A DNA stretch of 64,000 bases from Vicinamibacteria bacterium (GTDB lineage: Bacteria; Acidobacteriota; Vicinamibacteria; Vicinamibacterales; JAENWD01), in contig CAVRDA010000021.1 of the NCBI GenBank assembly GCA_963719755.1, positions 431,403 through 495,402 on the forward strand, in the 5' to 3' direction. Shown piece by piece: positions 29,704-40,528 of the stretch (positions are counted from its first letter, which is position 1; each line of letters opens with the position of its first letter). Both the position numbers and the translations under genes were made by a program. The notes beneath the pieces are model-generated. The model saw only the letters and a program-made list of their open reading frames with translations. It was not told the origin of the DNA and made no database searches.

Positions 29704-29855
29704 CCGCCTCGACAGCGATGACTTGCAGGATCTTGCGATCGAATCGGGCGCGAGCCGAGATATGGTGTTCGCATTTCGTCACACCGTCGTCATTCGTGCT
29801 GTTGCGCGGCGTTGGTACAAGTGCTCGCGCCGCCTCGACTGCGGCGGGAGGACAC

Positions 29856-31474
29856 ATGAGAAAGACGGTTCGTGCAGGGATTGGCGGCGCGGCGCTTCTG
29901 GCGACGCTTGCGGGATGGAGTCAATGGGTCATCGGCGAGCCGCCGGCCAAGGGCATCGCGCTCTCGCCGATCGGCGTCTACGCAGACCGGACTTTCGACG
30001 AGGGCGCGGTCGAGATCTCCGCGTTCGACCCGGAGAGCAAGCGCGCGTTCCTGACGTTCGCGGGGCAGCCCCGCCTCGATGTCGTGGACCTGTCCGATCC
30101 GACCAATCCGGCCCCGGCCGGGACTATCGACCTCACGCCCTGGGGCGCCGGCGCGCACGCCACGAGCGTGGCGGTGTACGACGGCGTGGTGGCGGTCGCG
30201 GTGCCGCAGGGCGAAGACGACACGGCACCAGGCAAGGTGCTCTTCTTCGACACCGACGGCGTGCTTCTGAGCGAGGTGACCGTCGGCGCGCTGCCCGACA
30301 TGATCACGTTCTCTCCCGAACGGCGAACTCGTGCTCACCGCCAACGAAGGGCAGCCGAATCAGTCGTACACGTTCGACCCGGAAGGCAGCGTCAGCGTGA
30401 TTGACGTCAGCGGGGGAGCGGCGACGCTCACCGACGCCGACGTCACCGACGTGGGATTCTCGGCGTTCAACGGCGCGGCGCTGGACCCGTCCATCCGGAT
30501 CTTCGGTCCTGGCGCCACGGTCGCGGAAGACCTCGAGCCGGAGTACATCGCGATCTCGCACGACTCGAAAACGGCGTGGGTGACGCTGCAGGAGAACAAC
30601 GCCATCGCGACAATCGACCTCAAGTCGAAGACCGTGACCCGACTGGCCGGCCTCGGCTTCAAGGACCACTCGAAGGCTGGCAACGGCCTCGACGGCAGCC
30701 GCGACGACAAGCAGATCGAGATCGTGCCGCAGCCGGTGTGGGGCATGTATCAGCCCGATGCGATCGCGGCGTTCCGGTCGCGCGACACCACCTATCTCGT
30801 GACCGCCAACGAGGGCGACGTGCGCGAGTACGACGGGACTCGAATGCCGCGGGCGAGGAGTCGGTGGAGATCGAGGACATCGCGCTCGACCCGGTGGCGT
30901 TCCCCGAGCGATGCCGCGACAATGAAGCATCGCACGAACGGCGTCGGCCGGCTGAAGGTCACCGCGTTCAACGGCGACACCGACGGCGATGGCGACTTCG
31001 ACCGCCTCTTCACGTTCGGCGGGCGTTCGTTCTCGGTCTGGTCGACGGAAGGGGCGCTGCTCTTCGACAGCGCCGACTCGCTCGAGCAGCTGACGGCCGC
31101 GGCGTTCCCGGCCAACTTCAACGCCAGCAACGACGAACAACACGATGGACGATCGCAGCGACGACAAGGGACCCGAACCCGAGGGCGTGACGGTCGCCTC
31201 GCTCTTCGGGCGCACGTACCTGTTCGTCATGCTCGAGCGCATCGGCGGCGTCGTCGTCTACGACATCGAGAATCCGGCCAAGCCCGAGCTCGTGCAGTAC
31301 ATCAACACGCGAGACTTCTCGGCGGATACCGAAACGGCGGCAGCCGGAGACCTCGGGCCGGAGGCGGCGCGCGTGGTTCCGGCTGAGCTGAGCCCGAACG
31401 GCAAAGCGCTGCTGTTGGTGTCGAACGAAGCCAGCGGCAGCTTCCGGGTGTTCGAGATTGCGCAGGCGAAGTAG
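29856..31474 (+). CDS. choice-of-anchor I / phytase-like beta-propeller secreted protein; four frame breaks (near 30315, 30838, 30905, 31140)
   Basis: Signal peptide, PDMITFSP, LTANEGQP, EPEYIAIS, LQENNAIA, VTANEGD, DDKGPEPEG and LLVSNEASGS are spread over ORFs 29718, 30331, 30576 and 31145. Confidence 0.6.
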
Positions 31475-31554
31475 CTCGGCGGCGGCGCGCAAGATTCTCC
31501 AAGCGCCGCCGCGCGCCGCCGTCCTACGATGGCCTCAGAGCACAGGAGGCAATC

Positions 31555-32034
31555 ATGGCGACTGCGACTGCGAAGACGATGGGCGAGGTGGACGCGCGGG
31601 TGCTGGGGCGGGTTCTCGACGAAGGCTACGGGCCTGGCGCCTGGCACGGCGCGGACATGAAGGCGGCGATTGCCGATGTGACGCCGGAACTGGCGTTCTG
31701 GCGTCCATCCGCGGAGCGACACAACATCGCCGAGATCGCGCTGCATCACGCGTTCTACATCCACTCGGTCCGCGAGAAGCTCTCAGGCGCGACCGCCGAG
31801 CCGTTCGTGCTCGAGGGCGACGACTGGTTTGCGCTCGAGCCGAACGGGCCGCTCGGCTGGCCGGAGATTCTCGAGGTGGTCGAACGCGAGCAGGCCGCGC
31901 TCGTCGCGGCTGCCGCCGGCGATCGGCCCAAGGGCCAGTCAGCCGACGAGCGCTTCGGATCGGTGCTCGGCATCACCTGCCACGCGGTCTATCATGCGGG
32001 GCAAATCCAGCTGCTGAAGAAGCTGCATGGGTAG
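31555..32034 (+). CDS. DinB family protein
   Basis: Intact 159-aa ORF with His-containing helices (IALHHAFY, HAVYHAGQI). SD AGGAGG upstream. Confidence 0.7.
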   Translation: MATATAKTMGEVDARVLGRVLDEGYGPGAWHGADMKAAIADVTPELAFWRPSAERHNIAEIALHHAFYIHSVREKLSGATAEPFVLEGDDWFALEPNGPLGWPEILEVVEREQAALVAAAAGDRPKGQSADERFGSVLGITCHAVYHAGQIQLLKKLHG

Positions 32035-32051
32035 GTCCCTGCCGCGTCTCA

Positions 32052-32092
32052 AGCGATCTGCGAATGCGCAGAGGACGCAGATTCTCTTGCGG
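32052..32092. repeat. CGCAGAT-dialect hairpin between convergent genes
   Basis: ATCTGCG (32056-32062) pairs with CGCAGAT (32076-32082). GCGCAGA lies in the loop. Confidence 0.55.
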
Positions 32093-32116
32093 TGAGTTGC
32101 CCGCCGCTGACGCGAA

Positions 32117-33181
<1,065 letters not shown>

Positions 33182-33218
33182 AACTAGAGAAGATACTGTG
33201 ATCGGGAGGAGAGCGGAA

Positions 33219-33794
33219 ATGGCGGGACTGCTGGAAGCCATCGAGATCAAGCGGAAGATGTATTTCGAGTTCGAGGACGCGCCCTATCACTGCCTCGACG
33301 TGGAGGTATCCAAGCCCACGGCGCGGGGCGGCCAGACGCTGGTCCGGCTGAAGATGCGCAATCTGTTGACCCGGGCGGTGTTCGACCGGACCTTCAAGGC
33401 CGGGGAGAAGTTCCGCGAGCCGGACCTGGAGATGCTTCCGGCGTCGTACCTCTATGCCGACGGCGACGGCCACCATTTCATGGACCAGTCGAGCTTCGAG
33501 ACGCTCACCCTCGGCCCGGAGGCCCTGGGCGACGACCAGCAGCTGCTCTCGGACAACGTCCTCGTGCAGATCCAGACTTACAACGGCCGCCCTATCGGGG
33601 TGCAGCTCCCGGCCGTGGTCGAGCTCGCCGTACGGTCGACGGAGCCCGGCGTCCGCGGCGATACGGCCAGCGGCGGGGTCACCAAGCCGGCCATCCTCGA
33701 GACCGGCCTGGAGATCCGGGTGCCGCTCTTCATCAAGGAAGGCGAGAAGGTGAAGGTCCACACCGAAACCCGGGAATTCGCGGGCCGGGCCTGA
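33219..33794 (+). CDS. efpL: elongation factor P-like protein (EfpL/YeiP type)
   Basis: Intact 191-aa ORF. The loop SKPTARGGQTL resembles the E. coli YeiP loop QSPTARGAATL rather than the EF-P loop KPGKGQA. The C-terminus GEKVKVHTETREFAGRA is YeiP-like. SD GGGAGGAG upstream. Confidence 0.8.
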   Translation: MAGLLEAIEIKRKMYFEFEDAPYHCLDVEVSKPTARGGQTLVRLKMRNLLTRAVFDRTFKAGEKFREPDLEMLPASYLYADGDGHHFMDQSSFETLTLGPEALGDDQQLLSDNVLVQIQTYNGRPIGVQLPAVVELAVRSTEPGVRGDTASGGVTKPAILETGLEIRVPLFIKEGEKVKVHTETREFAGRA

Positions 33795-33815
33795 TAACGT
33801 GGGCAGCCAACCTGC

Positions 33816-34250
33816 ATGAGCCCAGGCATGGACCCTTCACTCGCCGACCTGTGGCGTCAGGTGGCCTGGCTGCTGATCCTGCCTATTCCCATTGCCTCCA
33901 TCAGCTGGACGGTGACCCACGAGGAGATCTTCCGCGAGCTGCGCGAGTACTGCAGCAATCGGAGCCAGCAGTGCAAACGGCTCATGGAGCGGAAGCTCTT
34001 CTACGTGATGACGTGCGAGTACTGCTTCAGCCACTGGGTGGCGCTGGGCGCGGTGCTGCTGACCGGCTACCGGCTGCTGCTTCCCGATTGGCGCGGCGCG
34101 CTCATCGGCTATTTCGCGCTGACGGCCATCGCCAACCTTTACCTGAGCCTGTACGGCCGGCTGCGCGTGGACATCAAGGCGGAACGCGTCCAGATCGCAG
34201 CGGTCGAGGACCAGATCTCGTCGTCGCGCGATGATTTTCGGACAGCTAGG
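33816..34250 (+). CDS. hypothetical membrane protein (3-prime end uncertain; the ORF reads into the next gene without a stop)
   Basis: MSPGMDPSLADLWRQVAWLLILPIPIASISW... contains two CxxC-like pairs (CSNRSQQC, CEYC). Confidence 0.4.
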
Positions 34251-34274
34251 CCATCGTCGGCCGGCGTTCACGTG

Positions 34275-35174
34275 ATGCGTGCGCTGAAGACGATCCTCGA
34301 GCTCTCGAAGCAGGCCCTCCTCGCGGGATGGGAGGACAACGTCCCGCGGATGGGCGCGTCGGTCGCCTACTACACGCTGTTCGCGATCGCGCCGGTGCTG
34401 CTCGTCGCGATCGCGATCGCCGGGACGATCTTCGGACCCGAAGCGGTACGCGGCGAGATCGTCGGTCAACTCGACGGGCTGCTGGGGCGCGACGGCGCCG
34501 CCGCGGTGCAGGCACTGCTCGAGGGGGCGCGCCCGCCGGCAGGGAGGAACCCTGGCCACGGTCGTCGGCACGGTGACCTTCGTGCTCGCGGCGACCGGCG
34601 CGTTCCTCGAACTGCAGGCGGCACTCGACAAGATCTGGCGCGTCGAGCCCGATCCCGGCGCGAACGTCTCGGCGTTCCTCAAGGCCCGCGCTCAATCCTT
34701 CGGACTGGTGGTCGGCATCGGCTTCCTGCTGCTGGTGTCGCTGGCGGTGAACGCGGCGCTCGCCGCGGCCAGCACAGTGGGTCGGTCAGCACGCGACCGC
34801 CCTTCCCATCCTCTGGAACGCCCTCAACATCGTCGTGTCGCTGATCGTCGTCACGCTGCTCTTCGCGATGCTCTTCAAGTTCCTGCCTGACGTCCGCCTG
34901 CACTGGCGCCACGTGCTGGTCGGGGCGCTGGTGACGGCGGTCCTGTTCACCATCGGCAAGCAGGTGATCGGCCTCTATCTCGGCCAGAGCGCCACCGCGT
35001 CCTCGTACGGCGCCGCCGGGTCGGTCATCGTGCTGCTGCATCTGGGTCTACTACTCCGCCCAGATCGTGCTGCTCGGCGCGGAGTTCACGCGGGCCTACA
35101 CGAAGTACCTCGGCTCGCGGCCGAAACCCGAGTCTTTCGCCAAGCGCGACCCGCACGCGGCCGCGAAGCCGTAG
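34275..35174 (+). CDS. YihY/BrkB family membrane protein; three frame breaks (near 34535, 34775, 35040)
   Basis: MRALKTILELSKQALLAGWEDNVPRMGASVAYYTLFAIAPVLL..., continued in ORFs 34573 and 34835 and in a third frame ending WVYYSAQIVLLGAEFTRAY. Confidence 0.7.
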
Positions 35175-35224
35175 CCAGCTCATCAATACGCTTCGGAACC
35201 GTCGCGAGACTGGCTGCGTATACT

Positions 35225-35258
35225 ATCTTGCGTGACAAGATATCTTGTGATATATCAC
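35225..35258 (+). promoter_or_regulatory. two perfect palindromes (ATCTTGcgtgaCAAGAT; GTGATATATCAC) overlapping a -10-like TATATC 6 nt upstream of the padR ATG
   Basis: The sequence reads tatactATCTTGCGTGACAAGATatcttGTGATATATCACtgacATG. Candidate PadR auto-operator and leaderless promoter. Confidence 0.45.
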
Positions 35259-35262
35259 TGAC

Positions 35263-35622
35263 ATGGCGGTTTCCCCGGGACGAGACGACGAGAGGCGAGG
35301 CATCGAGCGGGAGCTCAAGCGCGGGTCGCTGGAGCTGATCGTCCTGCACCTGCTGTCGCCGGGAGAGGCCTACGGCTACGAGATCGTCTCGAAGCTGACC
35401 TCCCAGACCAACGGCGCGCTGGAAGTGACCGACGGAACGCTCTACCCGGTGCTGTACCGGCTCGAGCGCGCCGGCTTCGTGGAAGTCCGGTGGGAGACAC
35501 CGGAGCGCGGCGTGCCGCGCAAGTACTACAGCCTCACGGCGTCCGGCCGCGAAGAGCTGGCACGGCTGACCGGGGAGTGGACGGCCTTTGCAAAGGCAAT
35601 GGCCAAGCTGCTGCGAAGTTGA
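35263..35622 (+). CDS. PadR family transcriptional regulator
   Basis: Intact 119-aa ORF with GYEIVSKL...TDGTLYPVLYRLERAGFV. Confidence 0.85.
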   Translation: MAVSPGRDDERRGIERELKRGSLELIVLHLLSPGEAYGYEIVSKLTSQTNGALEVTDGTLYPVLYRLERAGFVEVRWETPERGVPRKYYSLTASGREELARLTGEWTAFAKAMAKLLRS

Positions 35623-35631
35623 GAGGAGACC

Positions 35632-36228
35632 ATGACGACCACCGCTGATTTCTTCATCAACCGGGTACTGGACGCGATGCCTTCGTCGACGCCGCGGCGT
35701 CAGCAGATTGCGCTGGAGCTGCGCGGCCACATCGAGGAGCGCCTGGCCGCCGGCCTGCCGCTCGACGAGGTCCTGCACCAGTTGGGCGATCCGCGGTCGC
35801 TGGCCGAGTCGTACCTGTCGGCCGTCCCGCTGGTGGCCGGGTCTTTCTGGGCGCGCGCCGTGGCGCGCGTCGTCGACTACGCCGTATCGGTCGCCGTAGT
35901 GGCGCCGTTCGGGGTCGCAGTCTGGCTGACGAGCGACTCGAAGCTCTTTCCCCTCTGGCTCTTCGCGTACATCTTCACCGCCAGCCTGATGATCGCCGCG
36001 TATCCAATCGTCGCCGAATATCGGTACGGCAAGACCTGGGGCAAGCACCTGATGGGCCTGCGCGTCGTCCGCGAATCGGGCGCGAGGATCAGCCTCGGGC
36101 AGTCGATCGTCCGGCAGCTGCCGGTGTTCCTGCAGGTGATCTGGATCGACGCGCTGTTCGCGCTCTTCACCGACAAGAGCCAGCGCGCGTTCGAGCTGCT
36201 GTCGAAAACGCGGGTGGTGAGGGTGTAG
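35632..36228 (+). CDS. PadR-associated membrane protein with a C-terminal RDD domain
   Basis: Intact 198-aa ORF. N-terminal cytoplasmic helix region (IALELRGHIEERLAAG), then RDD-type TM segments (YRYGKTWGKHLMGLRVV). Confidence 0.65.
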   Translation: MTTTADFFINRVLDAMPSSTPRRQQIALELRGHIEERLAAGLPLDEVLHQLGDPRSLAESYLSAVPLVAGSFWARAVARVVDYAVSVAVVAPFGVAVWLTSDSKLFPLWLFAYIFTASLMIAAYPIVAEYRYGKTWGKHLMGLRVVRESGARISLGQSIVRQLPVFLQVIWIDALFALFTDKSQRAFELLSKTRVVRV

Positions 36229-36342
36229 GGTTGTGGGGTTGTAGGGTTGTAGGGTTGTAGGGTTGTAGGTTGTAGGGTTGTAAGGTCGTCAGGGCGCGAA
36301 ATCCACGCCCCTACAACCCCACAACCCAACAACCCACGACCC
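36222..36342. repeat. heptamer/octamer-ladder palindrome, GGGTTGTA dialect, G-quadruplex-capable on both strands
   Basis: GGGTTGT GGGGTTGTA (GGGTTGTA)x3 GGTTGTA GGGTTGTA AGG...GGGCG cgaaatcca CGCCC CTACAACCCC ACAACCC AACAACCC ACGACCC. It lies between TAG 36226-36228 and the minus-gene stop at 36343. Confidence 0.85.
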
Positions 36343-38872
36343 TTATTCGTACCGCAGCGCCATGATCGGGTTGATCTGGCTGGCGCGGCGCGCCGGGATC
36401 AAGCCGGCCGCGGTCGAGACCAGCGTCAGGAGCACGACCGTCGCGATGGCGATGCCCGGATCGTGGGCCTCGATGCCGTAGAGCTGAGACGCGACGTAGC
36501 GGCCAAGTCCCAGGGCAGCCGGGATACCGACTGCGAGGCCGATGACCAGCAGCAGCAGCACCTCCCGCATCACCATCCAGGTCAACTGCGACGGCTGCGC
36601 GCCGAGCGCGAGGCGGATCCCAAGCTCCTTCCGGCGCCGCGCGACGACGAACGCCATCACGCCATAGAGGCCAATCGACGCCAGCAGCGTCGCCAGCAGG
36701 CCGAAGCCGGCCGACAGCAGCGCCACCAGCCGATCGCTCAGCAGCGTCTCGTCCAACTGCCCCTGCAGCGTCTTCAGGCTGTAGACGGGCATTGCCGGAT
36801 CGAGCCGGCGCACCTCGTTGCGAATGAGGCTGTAGGCGCCTGCCGACGACGTCGCAGTGCGCATGTAGATGGCGCTGCTGCCGCGGCCCCAGGCGGGAAT
36901 GAACACCTGGCGGCGGACGCCTTCGCGCGGCCCCTCGTAGAGCGAGTCGGCCACCATCCCGATGATCTCGATGTTCATCTTCGTGTCGGGCCCGTCGCCC
37001 CAGCCAAGCCGCTTGCCGATGGGGCTGGCGCCCTTGAAGAAGTGCCGCGCGAATTTCTGGTTCACGATCGCCACGCGCGATGCAGGTCAGGTTTCGTGTC
37101 GTCGAACTGGTCCCGTCCTTCCGAATCGCGGAAGTCGCGCCCCTCGAGGATGGGGATCTGCATCGTCTTGAAGTAGCCCGGCGACAGGGCGTTCATGAAC
37201 GCCTGCATGTCCTCGCCGTCGCCGGCCTTGTGACCCTCGACCGACATCGTGCTGTCCCATTCGTCGCCGCTCAGGATCGAGACAGAGGCCTGGCCCGCCG
37301 ACTTCACGCCCGGCGCCGACCGGAGGTTCTGGAGCAGGTCGCGATAGAACAGCGCGCCGCGCTCGTCGGTGTAGCCGTTCAGCGCCGGCGAGAGCTGGAA
37401 GGTCACGAGGTTGTCGAGGTCGACGCCCGGATCCGTGGTCCGCAGGTTCTGCAGGCTTCGGACGAACAGGCCGGCGCCGAAGAGCAGGAGGAAGCTGAGC
37501 GCGACTTGCGCGGTGACCAGCCCCTTGCGAAGGAACAGCGACCCGCCGGCTCCCGCGATGGAACCGACCGTGTCCTTCAGCGTCGTCCAGGGGTCGGGCC
37601 GGCTCGCGCGCAACGCCGGCAACAGGCCGAAGACGACGCCGGTCGCCAGGGTGAGAGCGAACGTGAAGCCCGAGGATCCGCAGGTCCGGCTCGGCCTGGA
37701 TCTGCAGCGGGTTGCTCTCTGACGGGATGAGCGCCAGCAGGCCGCGCGTGAGCGCGACGGCGACGAACACGCCGAGCACTCCGCCAATGGCCGAGAGCAG
37801 CAGGCTTTCGACCAGCAGCTGCCGCACCAGGCGGCCCCTGGTCGCGCCGAGCGACAGCCGGACCGCGATCTCGCGCTGGCGCATGAACCCTCGGGCGATG
37901 AGCAGGTTGGCGACGTTGGCGCAGGCGATGAGCAGCACCAGGCCGACCATGCACATCAGGACGACGAGCGCGGTGGAGAAGTCGTTGCGCAGGCTGGAAT
38001 AGCCGATGTCCGCCTTCTCGACGTGCAGCGTCCCCTTCAGGAACTGCTCCTTCGAGTAGGCAGACCAATCCTTGGCCGCCGGCAGCGTCGCTTCGTACTT
38101 CCGGATTTGCGTGAACAGGCCCTGCATCGGCGGCTGAGCGCTTTCCACGGTCTGACCCGGCTTCAGCCGCGCGAACACCTGCACCCAGCGCGAGCGCCGA
38201 TCGTCGGCCCGCATCCAGGTCCATTCGGGCAGCACCACCGGCTTCATCAGGATCGGCACGCGGATCTGCGGCGACCGCGCCGGGTCGAGGCCGTCGAATC
38301 CGGCCGCCGAGACCCCGACGATGGTCATCGGGTAGTTGTTGATCTGCACTTTCTTGCCGATGACGCCGGGGTCGCGGGCGAAGCGCGACACCCAGTAGTC
38401 GTACGAGAGGACAGCGACGGGGTGGCCGTTGTAGACCTGGTCGTCTTCCTTCGAGCTGAGCACGCGCCCGATGGCGGGCCTGACGCCCAGCATCGAGAAG
38501 TAGTTGCCCGACACCATCTCGGCATCGAGCCGCTCGGTCTGGTTGTCGACCGCAAACGACACCGAGACCAGCCGGCGGGCGATGACCTGCGAGAGCGGCG
38601 CCGCCTTCTGCTGGTAGTCCTGGTAGATGGGATACGAGTGCATCCGCGATCCCATGTTGCTGCCGTTGTGGTTGCCGCGCTGGATGAGCATCACCAGCTC
38701 TTCCGGGGCGCGCACGGGCAGCTTCCTCAGCAGGATCTGGTCGATCAGCGTGAAGATCGCCGTATTGGCGCCGATGCCGAGTCCCAGCGACAGCGTCGCG
38801 ACGATGGCAAAGAGCGGGCTGCGATCGCAGGCCGCGGAGCGCGAAGCGGAGGTCGGCCAGAAGGGAAGTCAT
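36343..38872 (-). CDS. ADOP-family duplicated MacB/FtsX-type permease (no adjacent padR); three frame breaks (near 38815, 37690, 37080)
   Basis: MTSLLADLRFALRGLRSQP..GIGANTAIF N-terminus and two FtsX-type modules (ACANVANLLIARG...; ...GIRLALGAQ...). ORFs 37577, 37087, 37062 and 36343 join here. Confidence 0.8.
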
Positions 38873-39084
38873 AGGTGTATTGGACGAAAGCCGCGCGACA
38901 GACGTTGGCTGGCCCGGCAATGGGTCGGTGGTGCCACGCTCGAAGGAACGAAGGCTGGCGCCACGGAACGAGTTCCGATCTCTCCGGCAGGGTAGTGCTA
39001 AATTTTCAGCATGTCAACCTGACGCACGCGTCAGACCCCTTGGGCCCCGCCTGTCCGGCGGGCGGGTGATAATACGGGACAGGC

Positions 39085-40351
39085 ATGTCATTCGATTCAA
39101 AGGGATCTGCCCGACGCGAGCCGCGCAGGGTCGTCGTCACGGGCGTGGGCTTGGTGTCTCCGGTCGGCATCGGCACGGAGGAGACCTGGCAGGCCGTGCT
39201 TGCCGGCCGATCGGGCATCGCGCCGCATCACGTTGTTTGACGCCTCGCGCCACAACGCGCGCTTTGCCGGCGAGGTGAAGGACTTCGACCCGACGAGGTG
39301 GATCGACCGCAAGGACGTCAAGAAGTGCGGCCGCTTCATCCAGTTCGCCATTGCGGCGACGTCGATGGCGGTGGAGGCAAGCGGGCTCAAGGTCGAACCA
39401 GCGAACGCGGCCCGGGTCGGGGTGATCATCGGCAGCGGCATCGGCGGGTTCGAGGTCATCGAACGCGAGCACCGCGTCCTGCTGGAACGCGGCCCCGACC
39501 GCGTCTCGCCGTTTTTCATCCTGTCGTCGATCGTGAACCTGGCTGCCGGGCAGGTGTCGGTCCGCCTGGGTGCCAAAGGACCGAACTCCGCGGTGGCCAC
39601 GGCCTGCACGACCGGGGCCCATGCCATCGGCGATGCGTACCGGCTCATCCAGGGAGGCTGGGCGGACGCGATGGTCTGCGGCGGCACCGAGGCCAGCATC
39701 ACGCCGCTCGGCATTGCCGGCTTCGCCTCGATGCGGGCGCTTTCGACGCGCAACGACGATCCGGCTCGCGCCAGCCGCCCGTGGGACCAGGATCGCGACG
39801 GCTTCGTCGTCGGGGAAGGTGCGGGCATCCTGATTCTCGAGGCCCGCGACCACGCCGAAGAACGCGGCGCCACCGTGCTCGCGGAGCTGATCGGCTACGG
39901 CATGAGCGCGGACGCGCACCACCTCACCGCGCCCCCCGAGGATGGCGACGGGGTCGGCCGCGTGATGGCGGCGACGCTCGAAGACGCCGGGCTCTCGCCC
40001 GGCGACGTGCAATACGTCAACGCGCACGCCACCTCGACGCCGCTCGGCGACAAGGCGGAAGCCACCGCGATTTGCCGTGTGTTCGGCAGCCACGCCGCAG
40101 GCATGCTCGTCAGCTCGACCAAGTCGATGACGGGCCACCTGCTCGGCGGCGCCGGCGCGCTCGAAGCTGGCCTGACCGTGCTGTCGCTCCGCGATCAGAT
40201 CGCGCCGCCGACGATCAACCTCGATCGGCAGGACGCCGACAACACGCTGGACCTCGTGCCGCACACCGCCAGGCCGCTCGCGATCACGCACGCGATGACC
40301 AACTCGTTCGGGTTCGGCGGCACCAACGCGAGTTTGATCTTCAAGCGCTGA
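39085..40351 (+). CDS. fabF: beta-ketoacyl-ACP synthase II; 1-nt insertion near 39222
   Basis: RRVVVTGVGLVSPVG N-terminus from ATG 39085, then ORF 39200..40351 with ATACTTGAH, HGTSTP-like HATSTPLGD and GFGGTNASL. Confidence 0.9.
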
Positions 40352-40354
40352 AAC

Positions 40355-40519
40355 GTGCTGCGTGCTTTGTGCACCGTGCCACGTGCGGTGCTGCGTGCTT
40401 CGTGCTTCGTGCACGTGCGTTCTCCGTGCAGTGCCCGTGCGGTGCTGCGGGCACGAAGCACCGCACGCGGCACGTGGCACCAGCACCGCACGCGCACGCA
40501 GCACCGCACGCAGCACGTG
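40355..40519. repeat. heptamer-ladder palindrome, GTGCTGC dialect (about 95-nt left arm, about 70-nt right arm) with nested perfect stems
   Basis: cgtgcggtgct (40436-40446) pairs with agcaccgcacg (40457-40467). cgtgcggtgctgcg (40382-40395) pairs with cgcagcaccgcacg (40497-40510). It lies between the fabF stop and the convergent stop at 40529. Confidence 0.9.
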
Positions 40520-40528
40520 GCGAACGCC

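Noticed and set aside
36228-36290. Telomere-like GGGTTGTA repeats as a replicon end or linear-plasmid telomere
   Set aside because: The block is internal, flanked on both sides by ordinary genes, and followed by its complementary arm. A second copy at 54758 has the same internal context.
39085-40351. fabF as a sign of a polyketide or fatty-acid biosynthetic gene cluster
   Set aside because: It is a solitary KAS II gene. No acpP, fabG, fabD, AT, KR or thioesterase genes are adjacent. The neighbours are an ADOP permease and an FMN reductase.
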